From: a virus | Taxonomy: Duplodnaviria > Caudoviricetes | DNA: 43,762 nt | Direction: 5' to 3' (one strand) | Virus record (IMG/VR): IMGVR_UViG_3300011339_000336 | Location: 1 to 43,762 of that record | Shown here: in pieces, positions 1 through 9,335 of the stretch | How the letters are laid out: each line of letters opens with the position of its first letter | Numbering within the stretch: the stretch's first letter is position 1 | Translations under genes and position numbers: made by a program | The notes under the pieces: model-generated | Told to the model about the DNA's origin: nothing | The model's input: the letters and a program-made list of their open reading frames with translations, nothing else | The model's database searches: none

Positions 1-246
1 TGCTGCACCTCCAGCGCCTACAGTAATTGTATAAGTATTTCCAGCAGTAACGCTTAATCCTGTACCAGTACGATAACCACCAGCACCACCTCCACCACCC
101 GTTGAACCACCGCCGCCACCGCCAGCTACAACAAGGTAGTCAACAGCAGTAACACCAGCAGGGCATTTCCATGAGCCAGACGCAAGGAATTGCTCAATGA
201 CTAAGTAGCCTCCCGCGCTGCGAGTGATAAAAAAGTTTTTAGACGC
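1..246. repeat. Terminal overlap, left copy (matches 43517-43762)
   Basis: 1-126 identical to 43517-43642; 127-246 align without gaps to 43643-43762 with about 15 substitutions. Confidence 0.95.
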
Positions 247-252
247 AAACAT
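1..252 (-). CDS. N-terminal part of the Gly-rich virion/tail protein; continues across the circular junction into 42215-43516 (517 aa in total)
   Basis: ATG at 252 overlaps the stop of 252..629; reads MFASKNFFITRSAGGYLVIEQFLASGSWKCPAGVTAVDYLVVAGGGG, in frame with ORF 42215..43645. Confidence 0.85.
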   Translation of the reverse strand, partial: MFASKNFFITRSAGGYLVIEQFLASGSWKCPAGVTAVDYLVVAGGGGGGSTGGGGGAGGYRTGTGLSVTAGNTYTITVGAGGAA

Positions 253-629
253 TATGCAAACGCCTGTGCAGCAGAACCAAACCAAGAAGTGCCGTTAGCC
301 ACAAAACTGATGATGTCAATTCCTGTGGTTGCGGTGGTGGTCAAAGTTGGTGCAGTACCACCAGGCCATTTCACGCTTGTGAATGTTGCTGTGCGTGAGC
401 CTGTGCCGTCTTGAGTAAGAATCAGAATAAATGATTTGCCAGCAGTCGCGGTAGGCATGGTGAACGTGCAGTTTCCCGTCATAGTCACGGTTTGTACAGT
501 CCCATTAGTCAATGATAGCGTTTGAGATGTAGATGAGTTTCCAATAGCAACAACGCTTTCAGTGTAAGAACCTGTAAGAGTTATATTGCTAGTCGCTATG
601 CCAGTTGTTCCGTCTATTGTCGTTGCCAT
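252..629 (-). CDS. Tail fibre/spike-associated protein
   Basis: Thr/Gly-rich beta-type sequence (QDGTGSRT..VKWPGGTAPTLT) typical of fibre tip modules; lies in the tail gene block. Confidence 0.65.
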   Translation of the reverse strand: MATTIDGTTGIATSNITLTGSYTESVVAIGNSSTSQTLSLTNGTVQTVTMTGNCTFTMPTATAGKSFILILTQDGTGSRTATFTSVKWPGGTAPTLTTTATTGIDIISFVANGTSWFGSAAQAFA

Positions 630-641
630 AGTTTTGCCCTG

Positions 642-2756
642 TTAAATAATTGTCCAAACCGATCCGCTTGACACCGTAACCGTTACCCCGCCAGAAACAG
701 AAACAGGGCCAAAAGAACCCGCATTGTTCCCTGTTGCAATAGTATAGCTTGCGGATACAGTAGCCGAATTAACATGAATTCCATTGCTGGCATTCAAAAC
801 TGATGATTGAAATTCACCAGTGGACGGTTGGTAAAGCAACTTGGCGTTGCTGGTATACGCCGTTGAAGTAGTTCCCGATGTTGCAGCAAAAAATGCGGGA
901 TAAAGAGTAGACGCGGTTGTTGTGTCGTTAGAAATAGTTACTGCACCACCAGCGCTTCCACTATTAACCGCCCAAATTGCAGTTGTACCATTGGACGTTA
1001 AAATGTAATTATTAGTGCCAATGCCTAAACGGGTTGCACTGTTTGTACCATTACCAATAATAAGATCGCCAATACTAGTAACAGGAGACAGAGCATTAAA
1101 TGCAGCACCAGCAGAAGTTTGTCCAGTACCGCCATTAGCAATAGCTACAGTTCCGGTCACATTAGATGCTGTACCAGAAGTGTTTTGGTTAAAGGTAGGC
1201 CAGGTAAAAGTACCAGTGCTAAAGTTACCAGACTGGGGAGTACCTAGAATAGGTGTAGTAAAACTAGGAGAAGTAGCCAAAGCTACAACAGTACCACTAC
1301 CAGTAGTAGAGTAAGAAGTACCCCAAGCAGTTCCCGTTGAATTAGGTATACCAGATCCGGGGTACACCATTGGCAACGAATTGTTAATCGTAATAGCAGC
1401 AGACCCGTTGTAGGTAGTGCCAGAACTAAACGATATCCCTGTACCAGATGTCAGTGCGTTAGCTACAGACCCAGCAGAACCAGAAGTGTTTTGATTGAGC
1501 GTAGGAATATCAGCCGCAACAATAGCTCTAAATGTAGGCACACCAGCAGTACCATTAGGCGCAGCTAAAACATAGTTAGCAGTCTTAGAAGCATATGGAT
1601 TTTGAGTATCACCATAATTAGCAGAAAGACTTAATGCAGGAGTAGCTCCACCACTAGATGCAATTGGGGATGTACCTGTTACTGAAGTAACTGTACCCTG
1701 TGGGTTAGCAGCGGTTGTGATACTAGTAACACGACCATAGGTATCAATAGTTACAACAGGAACTAAACTAGCTGATCCCGTAGTGCCAGCAGTAGCAATA
1801 CCACTAGCTAAATCAATAACAGGTGTAGCACCTCCAGTGCTTGTAATGTTACCTATAGTTCCAGATACAGATGTAACTGTTCCAGATCCTTTGTTGTTAA
1901 ACGTATTCCAATCTGTGCTAGTTAAATAACCGCTAACACTTGTTGTAGCTGCTGCCATTGAAATAGCAGGAGTTGCACCCCCAGAAGATACAACTGGAGC
2001 AGTACCAGTAACGCTAGTAACAGTGCCTGAACCCTTACTATTAAACGTAGTCCAATCAGCAGAAGATAGATACCCGTTAACAGTAGAGCTGGCTGCTGGA
2101 ATGCTAATAGCTGGTGTAGTGCCACCAGAAGAAACAATAGGGGTTGTACCAGTAACAGATGTAACAGTACCACTAGTGCTAGAGTTAACTGTTTGATTAG
2201 GCCAACTACCAGTAATAGTTACGTTAGTCCCAGCTACTAAACTAGGACTAGCAGTACCAGTACCACCACTGGCTACAGCCAAAGTACCACCAAGAGTAAC
2301 AATACCTGTTGTAGCAGTAGCAGGAGTTAGTCCTGTAGAACCACCACTAAATGAATCAACACCTGTAGTAGCTAATACTGTGTACTTAATGTTTCCAGAA
2401 TTAGAAACAACTTGCCAAGCACTACCATGAGTGTAAGTTAGTTTTTCTCCAACTAACAAAGTTACTGTAGTAATCTTATAATTAGTTGCTGTACTAAGCA
2501 ATTGGATAGTTACAGTTTGAGTAGCAGTATCTGTATTTAATACAGACACCATATCTATATCGCGGATAGTAGAAGCAGAAGGAGCAGAACAAATAGTTAC
2601 AGTTGTTGTACCATTTGAATTGCTAAGCTGAGTACCACCTAAGTAAGTACTACTAGTTTGATCAGAATAGGATACAACAACCTGTAGAGGTGCAGTAGCG
2701 TGCGCTCCACCAAGAAACAGAGTTAATGATCTAACTGTTGTGTCTAGTCTAATCAT
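642..2756 (-). CDS. Long tail fibre protein
   Basis: 704 aa, Thr/Ser/Gly-rich; repeated GTVTSV and (L/V)AxxxGGTG fibre motifs. Confidence 0.8.
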   Translation of the reverse strand: MIRLDTTVRSLTLFLGGAHATAPLQVVVSYSDQTSSTYLGGTQLSNSNGTTTVTICSAPSASTIRDIDMVSVLNTDTATQTVTIQLLSTATNYKITTVTLLVGEKLTYTHGSAWQVVSNSGNIKYTVLATTGVDSFSGGSTGLTPATATTGIVTLGGTLAVASGGTGTASPSLVAGTNVTITGSWPNQTVNSSTSGTVTSVTGTTPIVSSGGTTPAISIPAASSTVNGYLSSADWTTFNSKGSGTVTSVTGTAPVVSSGGATPAISMAAATTSVSGYLTSTDWNTFNNKGSGTVTSVSGTIGNITSTGGATPVIDLASGIATAGTTGSASLVPVVTIDTYGRVTSITTAANPQGTVTSVTGTSPIASSGGATPALSLSANYGDTQNPYASKTANYVLAAPNGTAGVPTFRAIVAADIPTLNQNTSGSAGSVANALTSGTGISFSSGTTYNGSAAITINNSLPMVYPGSGIPNSTGTAWGTSYSTTGSGTVVALATSPSFTTPILGTPQSGNFSTGTFTWPTFNQNTSGTASNVTGTVAIANGGTGQTSAGAAFNALSPVTSIGDLIIGNGTNSATRLGIGTNNYILTSNGTTAIWAVNSGSAGGAVTISNDTTTASTLYPAFFAATSGTTSTAYTSNAKLLYQPSTGEFQSSVLNASNGIHVNSATVSASYTIATGNNAGSFGPVSVSGGVTVTVSSGSVWTII
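1884..2171 (-). repeat. Two tandem 48-aa (144 nt) fibre repeats, with partial copies downstream
   Basis: GTVTSVTGTTPIVSSGGTTPAIS..YLSSADWTTFNSKGS and GTVTSVTGTAPVVSSGGATPAIS..YLTSTDWNTFNNKGS. Confidence 0.85.
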
Positions 2757-2759
2757 AGT

Positions 2760-3128
2760 TTATCCATGTGCAGCAGCAAAAGCATAAATAACAGAACTAC
2801 TACCACCCCCACCTGTAGATGCAATAGTAATTGTGCCAGGACCATTTGTAATGGTCACGTTAGAACCAGCAGTCAATGTAGCAGGAGTAAAACTATGGTC
2901 AGAAGTTTTACCTATAAGAACTTGTCCATCAGTACCTGTAGGAACATACAAAGTGCCAGTAGTAACTGAGGTTACGGCTATAGTTCCTCCAGTAATAGTT
3001 ACATTACTAGAGTCTTGAGTACCCATTGTTCCAAAAACTCTATCACTTAGGCTTTGAAACCAATCTCTCCAAACAAAACTTTCCCCAATTTTATCTTGGG
3101 GAATAGGAATAGTTGTTCTAGTAGCCAT
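2760..3128 (-). CDS. Small tail fibre/adaptor protein
   Basis: Shares the LxAG(S/T)NVTIT motif with the fibre; tightly coupled to neighbouring genes. Confidence 0.6.
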   Translation of the reverse strand: MATRTTIPIPQDKIGESFVWRDWFQSLSDRVFGTMGTQDSSNVTITGGTIAVTSVTTGTLYVPTGTDGQVLIGKTSDHSFTPATLTAGSNVTITNGPGTITIASTGGGGSSSVIYAFAAAHG

Positions 3129-3131
3129 AAC

Positions 3132-6100
3132 TTATTTTTCCCAACCTTTTTCTTTAGCTTTTCTATGGTACTCAGCCGCATTAGCTTTTTCTTGTTCGTC
3201 TCGTTCTTTTTTCTTTTGTTTTCGTTGTTCTGGAGTAGACCCATAAACAGGAAAACCTGCTGTACCTAACAAAGCTCTTTCAAATTCTTCTCCTTCAGGA
3301 GCACCAACAGCAGCTTGTACTTGGAAAGGTAATGCTGACTTAGCAACAGCTTCAAGTCTACCAGTAATACTTCTATCAACTAATTTAGGAGCATTAGGAC
3401 TAGCATATTCAGTACCAGCACCTAAGATAATAGTAGCTTTAGGTATAAACCCTAACTTGTTAGCCAAAGTTTTATCTGGCGCAGCAATCCAGTGGTATGG
3501 TTCCATAGCGTGTTTCATGGCTTGCATGGATGTACCATCAGGCCACTCAAGACGAGTTGGATCTTTGTTATCCCAAATATTTCTATCAGCAGTCATGTTA
3601 TTAATAACATTTAGCAGAGTTAAGTAAAGTAGTCCTGTTTTCAATTGGTACAACCTAGCGTAGTCAGCTTTAGTTGTAGGATTTATCATACCCTTAATAC
3701 CTTCTACAGGCTGCAACTTAGTAGGGTTTAAAGACTTGGGCAAAGCAGCAGTAAAAGCACGGATAGTAGAAGTAGTCCAGTCAGGAGCAAACAAAACAAC
3801 TTGTAAAGCTCTACGACCTTCAGGACTATAAGCAGCCATAGCCATGCGTTTAGCAAACTCATTTTCAGTACTTCTGGCAGCTTCAAACCAATTCAAACCA
3901 CCAAAACTATCATTAACAAAAGCAGCTATTTCTTTACGAGAAGTAACTTCATCAAATGGTTTACCTTCTTTAGCAGCTTGTAACCTAGCTTTTTCTAAGT
4001 AAGCATCAGCTACCATCAACTTTCCACCAGTATGTAGATAATCCCAGGTGTACTTATCAAAGATACCCAGGGTATATTTTTCAACAGTAGACATAGAACT
4101 CTCAAGTACACGAGTCTTAGGTCCGTACTTACCAATCATTGTGTCTGCAAATTTACCAATAGAGCCTAGCATACCTTTAGAAACATCTTCAGGTGTTTCT
4201 AATTGCAAACCATCTCTTCGTATCCAAGTGTCTACGTTATCACCTAAGCCGCCTTTATTAAATTGCTCAACAGCTTTAGAAATAGCAGATAGTTGAAGAT
4301 CTTTACCTGTAACAGCTTTAGCACCCTTTTCAACTAAAGGAAGAACAATAGCGTCTTTAAGTGGAGTCCACAAAGGAATTTTGGCACTAGACAACACTTC
4401 CATTAAAGACTTAGCATGAAAGAAAGAACCAATGACGTTAATGCGTTTAACAGCTTGAGAAACAACTCCTAAAGCTTGCATAGTCATACCAGGGCCAGAA
4501 TCAAACACAAACTTTAATGGAGCTACCAAGTCAGGATGAATAGCAAAGCCAGCTAAGTCAGGATGATCTATTTGTTTCCAACCATACGGCAATGGTTGTT
4601 CAGGAGTGATTGGTTTAATTAAAGATTCACCCTCAACATTCCTAATCTGTTTGATACTAGTAACAAGGTTTTTGTTCTCAATAGCTTTTTCAACAGATAG
4701 AGCATAGTCTTTGTAGATATCTGCTAAGTTATCTGTCTTAAGTTTAAAGCGGTAGTCAAGTCCCTTTTCTGCTAACCAACCATTGATACCATCAATGTGG
4801 TTTACTAGGTCTTCACGAGTTTCAAGTCTACGTTCTTGTCCGTACTTAGTGGTAGTCTTAGTGCCACCACCAGATGCACCACTACCAGTGCCAAACATAT
4901 CTCTAAGAAATTCTTGTACAGCAGAAGGGGGCGCAGCACCTTCAGTAACAACATTACGAGCTACATAGTTCTCATGCCAACCTTTGATAACACCATTCTC
5001 TAAAGCACGTTTACCAAGATCATCCATTAAGGTTCTAAACTTATCTGCAATGTCTTTAGCTTTACCTTCTAAAGGAGCACCTTTATCTATCTCGTAAGTA
5101 AGTTTATTAAGATCAACATCTTTACCAGCCGATTCTTTTAAATCAGCAGTGTTGTTATGGACAATACGTTCGTTAGCTACTTTGCTATTAAGGTTAGTAC
5201 CAACAAAATTCTCAACCTCTTTAACAGGTTCAGCCCAAGTTTTTTGATACTCACGGAAACCTTCGTAGAACTTAACAGCATCAACTTCTCCATGCTTAGC
5301 ATAGATTTCAGAAGCAATCTCAAACATCTGCTGTTCATTAGCAACATCACGAGGACTGGTTTTAGTGCGATCTAAAGTAGGGTCTGTGCTAGGAGGAGTT
5401 TCAACAGCACGCTTAGCAGTTACAGGAGCATCAACAACACCAGCAGCTTTATCAGAAGCTTTCTTTTCAACAATAGCTTCTAGAGCAGCTTTGTTAGTTT
5501 GGTTCTCATAGGAAGCTTTGCTTTGACCTTCATATGCAGGAGTCTTAGTATGTTCAATTTCATGTTGAATAACAAAGTCAATCCACTCTTGAGGAGTTTT
5601 AAAAGCATCATCAGCAATAGGAAATACACCCTCTACTTTAGGTTTAGTCCAAGGTTTTTCAGCAAACTGATCATATAGAACACCAGTATCTATAACTACT
5701 TCTTTGGGACTACCATCTTCGTTTCTACGAGTAGTAGCACCAACAGGTCTACCATCAGCACGAGTCTTTTTAGTAGAACCCTCAATGATAGGTATTCCAT
5801 CTACTTCAGTAGGAATCTCAGCTACTTTAAAGTTTTCATCGCCTGCTTTACGCAAATCACTGCTACGCAATCCTTCAGTAAGACTATCTGGAGCTTGTCT
5901 TTCAGAAATTTGACCAGCAGTCTTAGCTCTATTCCAAGCCTCTTTACGGTCAAGAAACATACCATTAGCATCTACAAAACCTTGGTCATGTGTGTCACCA
6001 GTAGCTTTTTTAAGGTCTTCTGGATGTTTAGCACCAAGTTCTGTGACTACACCAGTTTCTTTGTTCTTAATAGCAGCTTTAACAATAGGCACTGTTGCAT

Positions 6101-6893
6101 CAACTTTGGCTTTTTCTTTTTTAAGTTTGTCTACAAATGCAACCTTGTCTTTACTAGCAAGAATTTCTGGGTCTTTAAACAAAGTAGGTTCAGAAGGTTC
6201 AACAAACTCTTTAGTTGATTTAGCAGCAGAAGAAGTAGGTGTAACTCCCAACACTCTCTCACCAAGTTTAGTAGGCTTAGTAAAAGCACCGGCAGCAGCA
6301 TCTATAGCTATTAATTTAGGATCAAAAGTATCTTCACCAGAACCTAAAACAGCACGTTGACCAGCACCCACACCAACCGTAATTCCACTACCAAATGCAG
6401 CTAGACCAATAGTAGTTGGTAATCCTGGACGCATAAAAGGATTGGCACTACCACCAGCCACACTACCAGCCAAAGAATAACCAGGGTATTGTTGCTGTTG
6501 TTTTTTTCTTGTTTCTACAATATTAGTGCCAAATACTTTGTCAACAGCACCCTCAAGACTAGTAATACCTAAAGAAGATAAATAGCCGCCAACAACACCA
6601 CCAACAACACCACTAATAGGTTTAGCCCACACAGGTTGTGGAATAGCCATAGCTCCTCTAGCAGCAGCTAAAGCACCAGGAGTAGCGCCCATAGCTTCAG
6701 CAGCAGAAGCAGTAAAAGCCCCAGCAGCACTAACATTTTGAGCTTGCTCTTGTTGAAAACCTTCTAGTCTTTTAGAAAGCGGAGTACCAATTGGAAGTAC
6801 TTTAGTAGTAGATGCTTCACTAGGGTCAACAAACCCCCCACCACTTTTTTGTGATGCAGCAGATTTAACTTCGTCTGGATCAACAAAAGGCAT
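3132..6893 (-). CDS. Large internal virion/DNA-ejection protein, polyvalent-type, with an HExxH motif
   Basis: 1253 aa, last of three ejection-type genes; hydrophobic Gly/Ala N-terminus; HEIEH at 5550-5564. Confidence 0.7.
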   Translation of the reverse strand: MPFVDPDEVKSAASQKSGGGFVDPSEASTTKVLPIGTPLSKRLEGFQQEQAQNVSAAGAFTASAAEAMGATPGALAAARGAMAIPQPVWAKPISGVVGGVVGGYLSSLGITSLEGAVDKVFGTNIVETRKKQQQQYPGYSLAGSVAGGSANPFMRPGLPTTIGLAAFGSGITVGVGAGQRAVLGSGEDTFDPKLIAIDAAAGAFTKPTKLGERVLGVTPTSSAAKSTKEFVEPSEPTLFKDPEILASKDKVAFVDKLKKEKAKVDATVPIVKAAIKNKETGVVTELGAKHPEDLKKATGDTHDQGFVDANGMFLDRKEAWNRAKTAGQISERQAPDSLTEGLRSSDLRKAGDENFKVAEIPTEVDGIPIIEGSTKKTRADGRPVGATTRRNEDGSPKEVVIDTGVLYDQFAEKPWTKPKVEGVFPIADDAFKTPQEWIDFVIQHEIEHTKTPAYEGQSKASYENQTNKAALEAIVEKKASDKAAGVVDAPVTAKRAVETPPSTDPTLDRTKTSPRDVANEQQMFEIASEIYAKHGEVDAVKFYEGFREYQKTWAEPVKEVENFVGTNLNSKVANERIVHNNTADLKESAGKDVDLNKLTYEIDKGAPLEGKAKDIADKFRTLMDDLGKRALENGVIKGWHENYVARNVVTEGAAPPSAVQEFLRDMFGTGSGASGGGTKTTTKYGQERRLETREDLVNHIDGINGWLAEKGLDYRFKLKTDNLADIYKDYALSVEKAIENKNLVTSIKQIRNVEGESLIKPITPEQPLPYGWKQIDHPDLAGFAIHPDLVAPLKFVFDSGPGMTMQALGVVSQAVKRINVIGSFFHAKSLMEVLSSAKIPLWTPLKDAIVLPLVEKGAKAVTGKDLQLSAISKAVEQFNKGGLGDNVDTWIRRDGLQLETPEDVSKGMLGSIGKFADTMIGKYGPKTRVLESSMSTVEKYTLGIFDKYTWDYLHTGGKLMVADAYLEKARLQAAKEGKPFDEVTSRKEIAAFVNDSFGGLNWFEAARSTENEFAKRMAMAAYSPEGRRALQVVLFAPDWTTSTIRAFTAALPKSLNPTKLQPVEGIKGMINPTTKADYARLYQLKTGLLYLTLLNVINNMTADRNIWDNKDPTRLEWPDGTSMQAMKHAMEPYHWIAAPDKTLANKLGFIPKATIILGAGTEYASPNAPKLVDRSITGRLEAVAKSALPFQVQAAVGAPEGEEFERALLGTAGFPVYGSTPEQRKQKKKERDEQEKANAAEYHRKAKEKGWEK

Positions 6894-8740
6894 TACAGTT
6901 TCTTCCTCTTCTTGCCTTCAGCAATAATGTCAGCATCAGACATAGTTGGGTTTGCTTTCTTAGCAGCATCAAACCAAGCCTGTTGTTCAGGATTAAATTT
7001 GTTACTAGTAGCACCACCAACTTTACCAGAAGCAGTAGCGCTAGCGGCAGGCGCAGCAACCACAGCAGGAGCTGCGGCAGCAGCGGGTGCTGGAGCAGCA
7101 GCAGGAGCTTTAGACTCTGGTTTATCAGAGCTAAACATTTGTATTTGATCTTGAAGCTTTTTAATTATTGAAGCTTTTTTATCAAACTCAGGCATAACTT
7201 CTACAGTAGCAAGTTCTTTTTCAGCTTGTTTCTTTCTAAAAGCATTTAGCTTAGTAACTGCTTCAGTATAAACATTAGTAGCTTTGTCTTGATTAGGAGC
7301 ACTTATGTTAAACCAAGAAGCTGTTTTAGCTTTTTGTAAAACAGCATCAGCTTTAGTAACTTGTTCTACTAAAGCATCTTCTTCTTTTTTACCTTCTCTA
7401 ATAATAGCGTCGTGCCGTTTAAGATAAAAACCAAGATCTTTTAATTCATCACCAGCTTTTGTAGTTGAAGGTTTATCAGCTTTAGTTTTTTCTGCTTCTG
7501 CTCTTATCCTAGCCGCTTCTGCCTTTACTGTTTCTGCTGCTGCCTTTACTTTATCTGCTTCTGCTTTTACTGATTCATACTTGGCTTTTATTTCAGCCAC
7601 CTCTTTATCACTAGCTGCTTTAGTGTCAGCCACTACTTTGTCGCTTGCGGCTTTAGCAGCAGCTACTTCTTTAGCACTAGCAGCTTTAACATCGGCTACT
7701 TCCTTAGCACTAGTAGCTTTTGTATCAGCCACTTCTTTAGAACTAGCTGCTTTAACATCGGCTACCTCTTTAGCACTAACAGCTTTAGTATTTGCCACTT
7801 CTTCTAAAGAAGCATTTTTCTTTTCTGCTATGTCTAGTTTATTTTTAAGTTCTTCTGTTAAACGTGTTGCCGCAGCAATGTCTTTAGCTGCCTGTTCTTC
7901 TAGTCTAGCGGCTTTAGCTACATCTGCTTTGTATGCATCAACTGTTCCTTTAAGTGTTTGAATTTGTACTAGTGCTGCACTTCTTTCAGCGCTAATTTGT
8001 TCTCGACTTTCAGTAAGTTTTTCCGTCTTTTTAAGTTCCACTGCTTTAAGTTGTTCAGCAAGTAATCCTTTTCCATTAAGAAACAAACGACCAAGAACAT
8101 CTTTTTTTTCTTGAGTGGTATATGCTTTCCAGTTTTCTGCTCCAACTTGATCAGTAATTGCTTTTGTAACTTCTACAGGGAATCTATCAACAAATGCATT
8201 AAATTTAGGCATATCGTTGGGATCTAAAGCATCTACAGCTACAAAAGCTTTTGCAATAGCTTCATTACCAGCAGCAATTTTTTTAGCTTGATTAGCAATA
8301 TCCCTAGTATCTTGTTTTTCAGCTTGATCTAAAAGTTCAGCACCCTCTTTAACTCTGTTCCCCTCCATTTTAAAAATAGCAGCTTTTCTAAGTTTTTCTG
8401 TATCAGTAGCTTTTACACCTTCGTCAGTTGTCAACCATGTTTTTAACCGCGCATCAGTATCAGTATCAGACTTGTATTGAGCTTCTTCCATTGTTCTTGC
8501 AAGACGCATTTTGTCAAGACGCATTTTCTCTGCTTCTGCTTCAACAGCAGCTTGTTGGGGAGCATACGCAGCTTTAAGACGATCTCCTCGCAGTTTAAGA
8601 CGATCTCCTTCTAGTTTAAGTTGAGTATCTTCCGCAGCCGCATCCGCATAGCCTTGGTCGTATTGAGCACCAATTACGTTTTGTTGCATCTGTCTGGCAG
8701 CTTGTGCGCCAGCAGCCATGTCAGTCATTAAAAGTGCCAT
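6893..8740 (-). CDS. Coiled-coil internal virion/ejection protein
   Basis: 615 aa, Ala/Lys/Glu-rich helical; sits between the pilot-like gene and the large ejection gene. Confidence 0.65.
   Translation of the reverse strand: MALLMTDMAAGAQAARQMQQNVIGAQYDQGYADAAAEDTQLKLEGDRLKLRGDRLKAAYAPQQAAVEAEAEKMRLDKMRLARTMEEAQYKSDTDTDARLKTWLTTDEGVKATDTEKLRKAAIFKMEGNRVKEGAELLDQAEKQDTRDIANQAKKIAAGNEAIAKAFVAVDALDPNDMPKFNAFVDRFPVEVTKAITDQVGAENWKAYTTQEKKDVLGRLFLNGKGLLAEQLKAVELKKTEKLTESREQISAERSAALVQIQTLKGTVDAYKADVAKAARLEEQAAKDIAAATRLTEELKNKLDIAEKKNASLEEVANTKAVSAKEVADVKAASSKEVADTKATSAKEVADVKAASAKEVAAAKAASDKVVADTKAASDKEVAEIKAKYESVKAEADKVKAAAETVKAEAARIRAEAEKTKADKPSTTKAGDELKDLGFYLKRHDAIIREGKKEEDALVEQVTKADAVLQKAKTASWFNISAPNQDKATNVYTEAVTKLNAFRKKQAEKELATVEVMPEFDKKASIIKKLQDQIQMFSSDKPESKAPAAAPAPAAAAAPAVVAAPAASATASGKVGGATSNKFNPEQQAWFDAAKKANPTMSDADIIAEGKKRKKL
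7580..7810 (-). repeat. Seven tandem 11-aa (33 nt) repeats, consensus SxKEVADxKAA
   Basis: SLEEVANTKAV SAKEVADVKAA SSKEVADTKAT SAKEVADVKAA SAKEVAAAKAA SDKVVADTKAA SDKEVAEIKAK. Confidence 0.9.
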
Positions 8741-8741
8741 A

Positions 8742-9335
8742 TTAACGCCCTTGATAAGATCCGTCGAAATAATTTACTTCATAACCAGGCATACTAATTG
8801 GGCCTGTTTGTGGAGTACTACCTCTACTCCCGTATAAACCAGCAAGACCTTGTAAAGTACCACCTAGTCCCTGCATCATTTGCTGATCGTAGTTTTGGCC
8901 TGCTGCATATCCTTGTCCAGCAGCAGTAGCTGGCCCTTGATTAGCCCCAGAACCTGTAGCAAGCCGATTTAAATAATCGGTCATAAAACCATAGTAGCCT
9001 TGTTGTCCTACTTTTTGTAAAGCTATAGCTTCATTACCAGATTGCATTTGACCAGAAGCAGCCATACTACGTTTAGTGGCTTCCAAAGCAGGGTCTAATA
9101 CACCACTTTGAAATGAAGTATATCCAGGCATTTCATTAAGATTAGTAGGAGTTTTGCCTGTTAAATAATCAGAGTACATATCCCCAAGTTTTCCCCTATG
9201 GGAAGAAAATGGATCAGCAAGTCTTTGTTGTTCTGCTGCGGCATTCTTACCACCAGTACCAAAGAGTTGCCCCCCAGTAAGGGAGTTAACACCTACTGCT
9301 ATACCTACAACTGAGGCTGTTGTTGCTGCTGACAT
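8742..9335 (-). CDS. DNA pilot/ejection protein (P22 gp7-like position)
   Basis: Gly/Ala/Gln-rich, with PGY..F..G..A..RSMAASG..SGN motif; start moved to ATG 9335 (AAGGA upstream). Confidence 0.65.
   Translation of the reverse strand: MSAATTASVVGIAVGVNSLTGGQLFGTGGKNAAAEQQRLADPFSSHRGKLGDMYSDYLTGKTPTNLNEMPGYTSFQSGVLDPALEATKRSMAASGQMQSGNEAIALQKVGQQGYYGFMTDYLNRLATGSGANQGPATAAGQGYAAGQNYDQQMMQGLGGTLQGLAGLYGSRGSTPQTGPISMPGYEVNYFDGSYQGR

Noticed and set aside
127-246. Diversity-generating retroelement TR/VR pair (versus 43643-43762)
   Set aside because: Mismatches are not adenine-specific (about 9 of 15 at A on one strand, the rest at T/G/C), are mostly synonymous, and no reverse transcriptase is encoded.
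3132-6893. N4-like virion RNA polymerase to match the GNA hairpins
   Set aside because: Far shorter than N4 vRNAP and I see no single-subunit or double-psi polymerase motifs; only a structure search could revive the idea.
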